64,000 bases of DNA. Source: Octopus sinensis (taxonomy: Eukaryota). Numbering within the stretch: the stretch's first letter is position 1; every line of letters begins with the position of its first letter. The translations under genes were made by a program, and so were the position numbers. This document shows positions 54,028 to 64,000 of this stretch, in pieces. The stretch covers positions 9,176,001-9,240,000 of the forward strand of contig NC_043001.1 in NCBI RefSeq assembly GCF_006345805.1. Direction: 5' to 3'. The notes under the pieces are model-generated. The model did not search any database. It saw only the letters and a list, made by a program, of their open reading frames with translations, and was not told the origin of the DNA.

Positions 54028-54260
54028 AGGCGGCGAGCTGGCAGAATCATTAGCACGCCGGGCGAAATGCTTAGAGGTATCTCGTCTGCCGCTACGTTCT
54101 GAGTTCAAATTCCGCCGAGGTCGACTTTGCCTTTCATCCTTTCGGGGTCGATAAATTAAGCACCAGTTACGCACTGGGGTCGATGTAATCGACTTAATAC
54201 CTATGTCTGTTCTTGTTTGTCCCCTCTATGTTTAGCCCCTTGTGGGTAATAAAGAAATAT
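54028..54260 (+). mobile_element. Full, consensus-like SINE-A with tail a
   Basis: A box tggcagaatcattag, B box gagttcaaattcc, body gactttgcctttcatcctttcggggtcgataaattaag, tail ..gggtaataaagaaatat. Confidence 0.93.
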
Positions 54261-56509
54261 GAATCGTCTGCACATCGCCCAAAATGTTTACCAGCGTTTC
54301 TTCTGTTCTCAGTTCGACGTTGCCTGCCACACTTTAGGGTTCGATAAAGTAAGGACCGGTTGAGCAATGACGTCGACGTTATCGATTATCTCTCTACTCC
54401 TAAAATATTGCCGGCCTCGTACCAAAAATCTGAAACCACTTTACTTAAACTTGGCTGGTCGATCAAAATTTGGAAGTATGACTGCGAATGTTACCAGTGA
54501 CTGAAGCAGAAATACACACTGTAAAAATCTTTAATACGGAGAAACCAGAGAAGAGAGTGAGGAAGGAAGAAAGAAAAAAGAAAGATAGAAAAAAGGAATG
54601 AATGAACGAAAAAGCAGACAAACAAAAACAGAGAAATCAAACGAGACATGAAGCGTCTGTTTACAAAGTTTGGTGTTACATAAATCAGATTTTAGAAGAA
54701 AAAAACGGTCTTAGGTTTTGTGGAAACAGAGTTGTGTGGTGAGCATTCCTTTATCTATCCCAATGGTTCCTCGTACTTAAATAAATTAGCATAATAACTT
54801 CTATTTAATCATAGATGTGATGTTGTGTACGTTACATCTTTCTTAAGGACATCAGTAAAAATAATAAAGAGAGTTAGTGACAATATTTGGAAAATGAAAT
54901 TACTATCTGCATTCCAAATCAAACTAATTTACCTTCCATCTTTGTAGTTTTTTTTACATATTTCTAACAGCTGTTCTTTTTTCTTTAGACACATTACGTC
55001 GCCCTGTTTAAAGATCGTAGACTGATGTTTGATTTCCCTCTAGCGGAGTTAACACTTTGGGAAGCAATCGTGTCATGTGACCAATTAGAGGAAAACATTC
55101 TTCTACCGAGGACTCTGAAAATAATGCATGGCAACCTTTCTCTTCTAAGTTATATATATAAAAAAAAAAGAATTCTGCTCCTCTCTTTTGCTAGAGAAAG
55201 GGGGTAAATGGGCATATCCCGATGTTCCTGCGATTGGAAACAGATGAGAAATAAATTTACAACTATTTTTATACTCTATTGTCTCAAGAGTGTTAAACTT
55301 TACACAGTGTTCTTTTCTTTTACCTCGGGTATGTTTTTTTACACCCGGGTTAGAAAAAAAAGACGCAAAGGAATAAGAAGTGCTGCTTACATTTCAAGGA
55401 TTTTAACCTTATAAGGAAAATTAAATAGCTTCAACTGAGAATTGAAACTGTTTGGTTTCGCTTTACCAGAATATTCTTTTAGCAGCGAATCCTCGATTTA
55501 GCGCCAAACCACAAATTTATTGGGTAAGTTTGGTAGGAACAAATGAAACATTGAAAGGAATCGATAGATGACTGGAATCTATTCTAGCGACTACAGAATG
55601 GCAACTGGTAATGTCGACTCTCACTGGGCTTGAACCACGATCGCAAAGGACCATAACTGAACACTGCATGAGAGTATTTAATCACCATGCTCTACTGATT
55701 ATGCTCTCACACGCTGAATTGAGAAAATATTACAATGAAAATCTCTCAAATATTAGAAACAAAAAAAAAATTGCAGATGTAAGTAAACGCAAAACGAAAA
55801 TGGGTTTGTTATTAAGTAGCTTAGTAAATAATTTAATTCTATGGTCTGGTGAATCGGTGAATAATATAACGGAGATTTCAGAAGAAAATACGACAGGGAA
55901 TAGTGCTACTAACAATAATACTAGAGCGGCGAAAAGTTGTACTACGATAATGTATATTGACTATACACAAGGTCGTGTTTGTTGTCACTGAGACTGGATA
56001 CAGTCGAATGAATCCTGCTAATATATAACTGTCATTTATATTATTCGTTTCAGTACGATGAAACGTTTGACAGCTCTCACTTGCGAAGCCTTCTTCTCTA
56101 TATTCGAACAGCAAAAATGTGTTTCGTTTTGATTTTGATTTTCTCTCTCTCTCTCTGTTTTTTATTCGATGAGGTTCTAACATCAGATATAAACAACGCC
56201 TGGATGAGAATTAACAGACGTTGTAGACGTGACTGTGAAATATGCGAATCCAAAGGCCCTGCCTAGGTGACAACAACGATGTCAGCAGTAAATCATATTT
56301 CATCCATCGACAAATTCTGTTCGACCAAATCGACCGACCTCGGCAACACAGAAATGCGCTGATCTTTTCACTCACTCGCAACTTAAACACAGGATATACA
56401 AAAATTTACCAAGCTTTTCGTTGAATCTGTTGTTGCAATTATTGTTGTTGTTGTTGGTATTTCTGTTGATGAGGTTGTTGTTATAGCTGTAGTAATTTCT
56501 CTTTGCTTT

Positions 56510-56748
56510 TCTTTTTTTCCTTTTTATTCTTCTGCTTGCTTCAATCATTTGACTGCGGCCATGCTGGAACACCGCTTTAAGTCGAGAAAATCGACCCAAG
56601 ACTTATTCTATCGGTCTCTTTTGCCGAACCGCTAGCTTACGCAGATGTAAACACACCAGCATCGGTTATCAAGCGATGTTGGGGGCGATGAGTCAAACAC
56701 ACACACACTCACACGCGCGCGCGCACGCACACACACACGGACACACAC

Positions 56749-56810
<62 letters not shown>

Positions 56811-56860
56811 TATACGACGGGCTTCTTTTCGGTTTTCGTCTACCAAATCCACTCACAAGA
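56510..56860 (-). mobile_element. SINE-B (5'-truncated) with expanded internal microsatellite; SINE-A pieces follow at 56880-57170
   Basis: Reverse-complement match to the B 3' module and gtagacgaaaacc. Confidence 0.82.
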
Positions 56861-57795
56861 CTTATTTGGCATTGCGGCCGATGTAATCGACACACGCACT
56901 CACCCGAAATTGCTGGCTTGGTGCCAAAATTTGAAACCAGTATTTAATATGCAATAGTGTGGGGCGCTGGTAGAATCCTTAGCATGCCGGACAAACTGCT
57001 TGGCGTCATTCCTCCCGTCTTTACATTTTGAGTTCAAATATTGCCAAGATCCACATGGTCTTACATCCTTTCGAGGTCGATAAAACAAGTACCAGGAGAG
57101 CACTTGGGTTGATGTAACCCTTATCCTTTCCTCCAAAATTGTTGGTCTTGTGCCAAAATTAGAAACCAAACATTTCACTCATTCATTTTCATAAATAAAA
57201 AGAGAATTGTGTGTTCTCTGTTATCTCAGCAATCACCAATATTCTCTTAAACGATATTTACGTTGTATAGAAAACAAGACTTCATTAACCTTTTTTACTT
57301 GGAAAATCTGATATATCCGCTCGAAATTTCATTACACTTACCTGTTGAAAGCAGGTTTATGTAATAACGTAACTTTTGTTGAAGAATATCATGTTTGCAG
57401 CTATTTTTTGTCGAGATATGTGAAGTTTATTGAAGCAACGTGACTTGAAGAAAATGGTAATTCTACTTTTTTATTTTTTTTTTTTGAGACATTTAACATC
57501 TTTATGGGAATAACCGTGAAATTAACTTGAAAGTTAAGAGATTAAACATCAAAAATAACCAAAATCATAGAAGAATCAGATATCTATGGAATGATAAAAA
57601 CGAAATTGACTTCATGGAATATACTAGAAAGCATATATATATAGTTAACCGGTACTCCGTCGGTTACAAAGACGAGAATTCCAGTTGATCCAATCAACGG
57701 AACAGCCTGCTCGTGAAATTAACGTGCAAGTGGCTGAGCACTCCACAGATAGTCAAATGCCAGTTTGAATTACGGGTACTAGTCATTTGTGCGAG

Positions 57796-57839
<44 letters not shown>

Positions 57840-57916
57840 ATAAATATAAGGGAAAGAATCCAAAATTACAGGGAAAAATCAGATTTAGGGTTAAATCCAA
57901 TTTTATAGTAAAATAT

Positions 57917-58235
57917 TATATAATATAATTCGAGACAAAACCACTATTTTAAAACCAAACAAGGAAAGGCTTAATCAATACATAAAATTTTAATATAAAT
58001 TAAATAAACCGCCACTACAAATGTTTCATGTCTGCTCCGACAATCTTCAGGTGGATTTTCGATCTTCTAATCAGTATCAAAATTTGATACTGATTAGAAG
58101 ATCGAAAATCCACCTGAAGATTGTCGGAGCAGACATGAAACATTTGTAGTGGCGGTTATTTAATTTATATTAAAATTTTATGTATTGATTAAGTCTTTCC
58201 TTGTTTGGTTTTAAAATAGTGGTTTTGTCTCGAAT

Positions 58236-58246
<11 letters not shown>
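57917..58246. mobile_element. Near-perfect 330-bp palindrome, probable inverted Penelope-like element ends
   Basis: Arms 57917-58081 and 58083-58246, 1-nt loop, one substitution and one indel; contains a hammerhead motif. Confidence 0.75.
58110..58152 (+). ncRNA. Minimal type I hammerhead ribozyme motif (mirror copy on minus at ~58012-58054)
   Basis: ccac-CTGAAGA-t-tgtc-ggagca-gaca-t-GAAA-C-attt-GT-A-gtgg: stem I ccac/gtgg, stem II tgtc/gaca, 2-bp stem III, GUA triplet. Confidence 0.7.
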
Positions 58247-58292
<46 letters not shown>

Positions 58293-58334
58293 ATATGTAT
58301 ATGTATGCATGTATGTATGTATATATATGTAATA

Positions 58335-59130
58335 ACAATAATTCCTTCGGGTGAAACTGTCATGGCATTCAACAACATCAGAGACTTGGGAGTAATTGTG
58401 GACAACAACATAAACTGGGCCTATCATATAAACAGCAAAGTTGACATGGCCCGCAGAATGTGTTCTTGGATTCTCAGAACGTCCCAGTCGAGAGAGATAC
58501 ACACCATTATCCTTCTCTTCTCCACTTTTGCCCGATCCCACCTGGAATACATTTATGCACTGTGGTCTTCCCACGCGAAAGAAAGTATCATGAAAGTTGA
58601 AGCACCCTCAAAGGTCAATTACAAAAAAGATAGATGGCATGACAGGCCATGACTAATCGGGTCGCCTAGAAAAGCTCAAGCGTTATTCTCTCCAACGATG
58701 CCGTGAGCGCTATATTATCTGCAAGGTGTGGAAAATATTCCATCAGCATTACCTAATTATGTTGATATCGCCTTTAAGTTTCACCCAAGACTTGGGCCCT
58801 ATGCTATCCGTCCACAACATAAATCACACTCACATCTCATAACAACGATACGGCACAATTATTTCACCTCAATTAAGCCCCGCTCTCTTTAACATTACAC
58901 CAAAACACATTAAAGCAGAAACAGACATCATAAATTTCAAGGAATCTTTGGACAAATTCTTTCAAAAAATCCTGGATGAACTTCCTACACCCGGATATGT
59001 CTCCGTAAGCAATAATTCTCTCCTCGAGTGGGCCATGTTGTCAGATTCCTGATTTGAAACACTTTACCAGGAGGTGCTATTAAGTTAGACATGGCCTGGG
59101 CTAATACTGGCCGAAACCTACCAAAGTATA
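58335..59130 (+). mobile_element. CR1-type LINE 3' relic
   Basis: IRDLGVIVDNNINW..HIN..ARRMCSWILRT..LLFSTFARSHLEY...WS; later frameshifts. Confidence 0.85.
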
Positions 59131-59166
59131 ATAACTATAACAATATATTTATTATGATAATAATAT

Positions 59167-59458
59167 TGTTTGTTCCTTCTCAAGTCATGCCTGGCACATA
59201 AGGGCCGGTTTCCCGGTTTCCTTGGCGTATAGGTTCCCCACCTAGACGGGACGCCGGTCCGTCGCAGGTGAGCTGCAAAATGCAGGAGGAAAGAGTGAGA
59301 GAAAGTTGTGGCGAAAGAGTCAGTAGGAAGTTCGCCATTACCTGCTGCCGGAACCGCGTGGAGCTTAGGTGTTTCACTCATAAACACACATAGCCCGGTC
59401 AGAGATTCGAACCCACGATCCCTCGACCGTGAGTCCGCTGCTCTAACCACTAGGCCAC
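59167..59458 (-). mobile_element. Full SINE-C with tail f, 12-bp TSD
   Basis: tgataataatat at 59155-59166 and 59459-59470; matches 17387-17690. Confidence 0.9.
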
Positions 59459-59551
59459 TGATAATAATATATGCTCCATTTAAAGCGACTAAACTAAACC
59501 GCTGCTCTCTGTAATTTACCGCCTTCGGATTTGTTTACAAATTTATATACA

Positions 59552-59583
<32 letters not shown>

Positions 59584-59665
59584 CATACATATATGCATGC
59601 ATGCATACATACATACATACATACATACATACATACATACATACATACATACATACATACATACA

Positions 59666-60074
59666 TTATGGCTGCCTCCTCGTTATCGAGTATGGCCATT
59701 GCACGAAGCTTAACTGTTACTGGTGCTGTGATTGAATGTGACTTTTTATCTCAGCTAAAGATCTACAATGTCTCGTACAGAATTGGCAGCTAAAACCTTT
59801 ACCGGCAATAGCCGGCTGTAGTTATAACTGGGCTTTATGTACCTTTGCATGTCTTTTAAGTCCTCCTGCTCTTCCACATGCCTGACAAATATGATTAGTA
59901 TGGTGTGTAACACCACCATTAGTGGCCAGGTTGTCACTCATATGTCTCGCTTTATGACTACGAAGATGACTCATGAGTCCAGCTTTACTGATGCAGGGTC
60001 TTGCACAGACACTGCATGTCAGCATCATAAGAAGACCCTTCCCATCTGGAAGTGTACCTGTGATGCCCTTCCTG
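59666..60074 (-). mobile_element. RTE-type LINE 3' fragment inside (CATA)n
   Basis: LTCSVCARPCISKAGLMSHLRSH (C2H2 finger typical of RTE ORF ends), second finger HICQACGR..GLKRHAKVH; (CATA)n on both flanks. Confidence 0.7.
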
Positions 60075-60176
60075 ACATACATACATATACATACATACAT
60101 ATACATACATACATGCATACATATACATACATATATGCATGCATACATACATACATATATACATACATACATACAT

Positions 60177-60534
60177 AAAAAATACCCTGTTGTTGATGTT
60201 GGAATTCCAATGAAGGAACTTTGGATCGAGGTTAAAACCGATTCTTTATTGGCAAAAAATCTTGAAATAAATCAGAATAATGACACACATACATACGTAT
60301 ATGATGATTGTTTCATTTTGACAGATGATAACAGTCTCATCAACACACACACACACACACCACGCCCAATCACACGGCACAATCACTCCGCTGATGAACC
60401 ATCAGATATCTTTTAAGACCGGCTGCTGACTGACAGGGTTTAAAACACAAGTAATGACTGGAATAAGTGAAAGAATAAAAGAATTTATTCATATTTTGAG
60501 TTCCATTTTTTATGTTTCCGTCACCATACATGGA

Positions 60535-60540
<6 letters not shown>
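60177..60540 (-). mobile_element. Probable second RTE-like 3' fragment ending in (TATG)n
   Basis: CFKPCQSAAGLKRYLMVH finger remnant, then a UTR running into (TATG)n. Confidence 0.5.
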
Positions 60541-60568
<28 letters not shown>

Positions 60569-60997
60569 TGAGTGAGTGAGTGAGTGAGTGACTGAGTGAC
60601 TGAGTGACTGAGTGAGTGAGTGTGTGTGTGTAAATCAAAGGTGAAATACACAACAAACGGAAATCGTCAAAGCATAGCAAGCAGGAAAAGAACGATAGCA
60701 CAACAACGGCAAACAGGGAAAAAAACAAGATACGCGGATTATTTGCAGCTAATCGCTTCTTCAGTCGGAATCTGGAATGTCCACGTATTTTTCACCAAAC
60801 CTCCCCGATACTACTCGAAACCAGTTGGGTCAAGGGCTTAAGCTGAAAGCATTAAATCCCTGAACAAAGCAAACGAATGTACATATACAGACACAAGGGA
60901 ACAACAAACAGGAAGGGTCTTTCGACTATCGGACGAACGTAACGTAAGAAATAGAATTATATATGTATATGTATGTGTGTATATGTGTATATATATT

Positions 60998-61028
<31 letters not shown>

Positions 61029-61034
61029 ATAGGC

Positions 61035-61460
61035 GTAGGAGTGGCTGTATGGTAAGTAGCTTGCTTACCAACCACATGGTTTTATGGTTTTTCGTTCAGT
61101 CCCACTGCGTAGCACCTTGGGCAACTGTCTTCTACTATAGCCTCGGGTCGACCAAAGCCTTGTAAGTGGATTTGGTAGACGGAAACTGAAAGAAGCCCGT
61201 TGTATATATGTGCATATATATTTATATATATATGTGTGTGTCCGTGTGCGTGTGTATTTGTACGTTTGTCTGTGTTTGTCCGCCAACATCGCTTGACAAC
61301 CGATGCTGGTGTGTTTAGGTCCCCGTAACTTAGCGGTTCGGCAAAAGTGACCGATAGAATAAGTACTAGGCTTATAAAGAATAAGTCCTAGGATCGATTT
61401 GCTCGAGTATAGCTGATGCTCCAGCATGGCCACAGTCAAATGACTGAAACAAGTAAAAAA
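61035..61460 (+). mobile_element. Full SINE-B
   Basis: Matches 27725-28125. Confidence 0.92.
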
Positions 61461-61604
61461 GTAAAATATTATATTTATATATATATATAAATTCAAATTT
61501 AAAATGAGGGTGAGAAATTAGACATTAATTTAATTAACATCGATTTCACACCAGTGGTCTAGCATATAAAAAAACTGACGGTTCAGTAAAGTTGTATTAT
61601 ATAC

Positions 61605-61820
61605 ATATTAGAGGGAAACTACTATGTGGACACCCTTATGCTAGAAATAGATCCGCTATTGTCTTACCACTAAGGAATGTTCTCAAGAAAAATTTAGCAA
61701 AACAACGATTACGTTTTGGTTGCTTTGCTAATTTTTTCTTGAGAACATTCCTTAGTGGTAAGACCATAGCGGATCTATTTCTAGCATAAGGGTGTCCACC
61801 TAGTGGTTTCCATCTAATAT
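61605..61820. mobile_element. MITE/foldback, ~95-bp arms, ~22-bp loop, TA-rich flanks
   Basis: atattagagggaaac..ttctcaagaaaaatt vs aattttttcttgagaa..gtttccatctaatat; related to 6908-7270. Confidence 0.88.
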
Positions 61821-62546
61821 ATATATAATATATATATTATATATATATATAATCAGTGCAATTAATACGGCTTAGTCGATTGTTTATTAATCGATCAGGT
61901 TTATCTTCAAAACTGCTTCCAATCGTAACTTTGGTAGACGTTAACCGATTTAGACGAGGTAAATTGGTTACCGATGCGCCATATTTAACTGCTCAGCGAT
62001 ATAATCTATTAAGGGCCAAGTAGTAAAAGACGAAGTACATATTTATACTATGAGAAAACCGAAGGATATAACCACGATGAATACCGCATAGTACTTATTT
62101 TAACTACTTACTGTCATCATAACTCAATACCGCTCCTTTCCTGAATTACTAAATAATATATCACATTAATAACTATTTCGTATATAACTGACAATCTAAT
62201 ATCATCGGATTAAACTTCACATACTTTGTTATTGAAAACGCAAAAATATCGTTTTTTAGTGAAATATAATGCGAAACGTAATAAGTGCAAAGTTGGCAAA
62301 ATTTTAAGTCTATAGAATACAAAAACGAAAAAAAAAAAAAATTTAATGTTATAGAGAAGAGATACTTTGATAATGGTAATGTAGTCATAATTATGTTGTT
62401 TTTATTGAATTAAGATGCATCGATATCAATCGAATATAAATGCAAATTAAAAATTTCAGAATGGCAATATAAGAGGAATAATTAATGAGCAACACAAGGC
62501 GATGTGAAAACAGAAATATCTCCCTTCTATTCCCTGAAATTGATTG

Positions 62547-62763
62547 TTGTTGTTGTTGTTGTTGTTGTTGTTAAGCAACAAGACGGGTAAGGGTGATTAG
62601 GTGATTGTCTAGGGCTTAGGGATGGGAGACCCCAGACCTTGGAAAAAAAAAACTTTGATCGTCTTGTTGTAGTCGAGGACTCTTCGTTGATGCCCGACAC
62701 CACTGGGAGGTGGCCCTCGAAGTCGCTGGAGATGGAGATCTCCAGGTCCAAATTCTTGAACGG
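62547..62763 (-). mobile_element. 217-bp retroposed insertion with (CAA)n tail and 15-bp TSD
   Basis: ccctgaaattgattg at 62532-62546 and 62764-62778; (TTG)n on plus = (CAA)n 3' tail on minus. Confidence 0.8.
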
Positions 62764-62830
62764 CCCTGAAATTGATTGGTCAATCGTAGTAAATTGTCAG
62801 TTTCCAGGCCCTTTTTATTCACTCTGTCGT

Positions 62831-63215
62831 GGAGGCGCAATTGCCCAGTGGTTAGAGCAGCGGAACCGAGGTCGTAGAATCGCGGTTTCGAGTACCAGAC
62901 CGGGCGTTGTGAGGGTTTATTGCGCGAAAACACCTAAAGCTCTACGAGTTTCTGGCAGGGGGTGGTCGTGAACCCTGCTGTACTCTTTCACCACAACTTT
63001 TTTCTTACCCTTTCTTCCTGTTTCTGTTGTACCTGTATTTCAAAAAGGGGCCAGCACTGTCACACTCTGTGTTACACTGAATCTCCCCGAGAACTACGTT
63101 AAGCCTACACGTATCTGTGGAGTGCTCTACCACTTGCACGTTAAAATCACGAGCAGGCCGTTGCGTTGATCAGACCAGCTGGAACCCTCGTCGTCGTAAC
63201 CGACGGAGTGCCACC
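62831..63215 (+). mobile_element. SINE-C with tail g (tail g fragment also at 57648-57762 minus)
   Basis: Head as in 17387, then cacttgcacgtta..ggaaccctcgtcgtcgtaaccgacggagtgcc. Confidence 0.85.
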
Positions 63216-63603
63216 CCTTTATTCATCCTGTATTTCATGGCAACCGAATGAAAATCCAAACGATGATACTCTGTACATCCTATCATACACACGCACACAC
63301 ATTTGTGACTCTGTGTGTGTATGTGTGTTTATGTATGAATGTGTGTCTGTGTGTCCAACTGTTAATGCAAACACGTTTTCTTTTTCTCTCTCCGTTTTTC
63401 TCCTCTTTCCATCTGTTTTCCTTCCTCATTCCTTTCTGTAGAAAAGCGGACGCGGAAAATATCAAGGACTCTTCCAATTTAACTGAATGTCAAATTTATG
63501 CACCTTTGTCGTTGTCTCAACTATACCTATCTTTTGTTTTTGTACATAGATATAAACATATATGTTTTGAAACATTGACACATTCATTCCATACATACCT
63601 TCA

Positions 63604-63666
<63 letters not shown>

Positions 63667-64000
63667 CATACATACATACGCACACATACATACATACATA
63701 CTTATTTACATACATCTATGCGTACATTCATGCATACGTACATGCCATACGTAAATAAATACATATGTGTGTGTGTGCGTGTGTCGCACTTAAACGAATA
63801 TATATAATATAATATATAGGTTTGGTTTTTGTGTGTATGAGTTTATTTCTATGTGTGTGTGTGTGTGTAATAACAATAATCCTTGGACGGAATTTATAAG
63901 CATTGAATGTATCGCTAAGCGCGTTTCCAGAAAACACATGCCCCTTAAAATCACACTCCGTATTGATGAGATGATTAAAATGCAATCCGTAGGATCCGTA

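Noticed and set aside
55611-56424. Non-repeat ORFs of 60-126 aa (also 38130-38414, 24671-24958, 4953-5195)
   Set aside because: No recognisable domain, near-cognate starts, no consistent splice pattern; lengths are compatible with chance.

Overview
AT-rich eukaryotic, almost certainly non-genic DNA made mostly of microsatellites, tRNA-derived SINEs, decayed LINEs and MITEs. The SINE and microsatellite landscape resembles octopod cephalopod genomes (inference, not verified). I find no supportable host protein-coding gene, RNA gene or CRISPR array; every long ORF is a retroelement relic or a low-complexity artefact. Recognisable mobile DNA: a Tx1/L1-type LINE (zinc-knuckle ORF1 at the window start plus two 3' fragments), four R4/Dong-type pieces, a Hero-type 3' end, two CR1-type RT relics, RTE-type 3' ends, mariner/hAT relics, several MITEs and more than 40 SINE copies from three modular families (here called A, B, C). 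Main signals: (1) different retroelement families sit inside different microsatellites on both flanks (Tx1 in TATC, Dong in TAA, RTE-like in TATG, a SINE tail in TA); (2) one SINE-A tail matches the Tx1 3' end, and SINE-A builds seamless self-nested arrays at an internal site that resembles its target-site duplications; (3) a near-perfect 330-bp palindrome carries a minimal type I hammerhead ribozyme on each strand; (4) a cryptic 27-bp repeat and a 72-bp repeat packed with TTCNNNGAA motifs. Many boundaries are approximate (read by eye).
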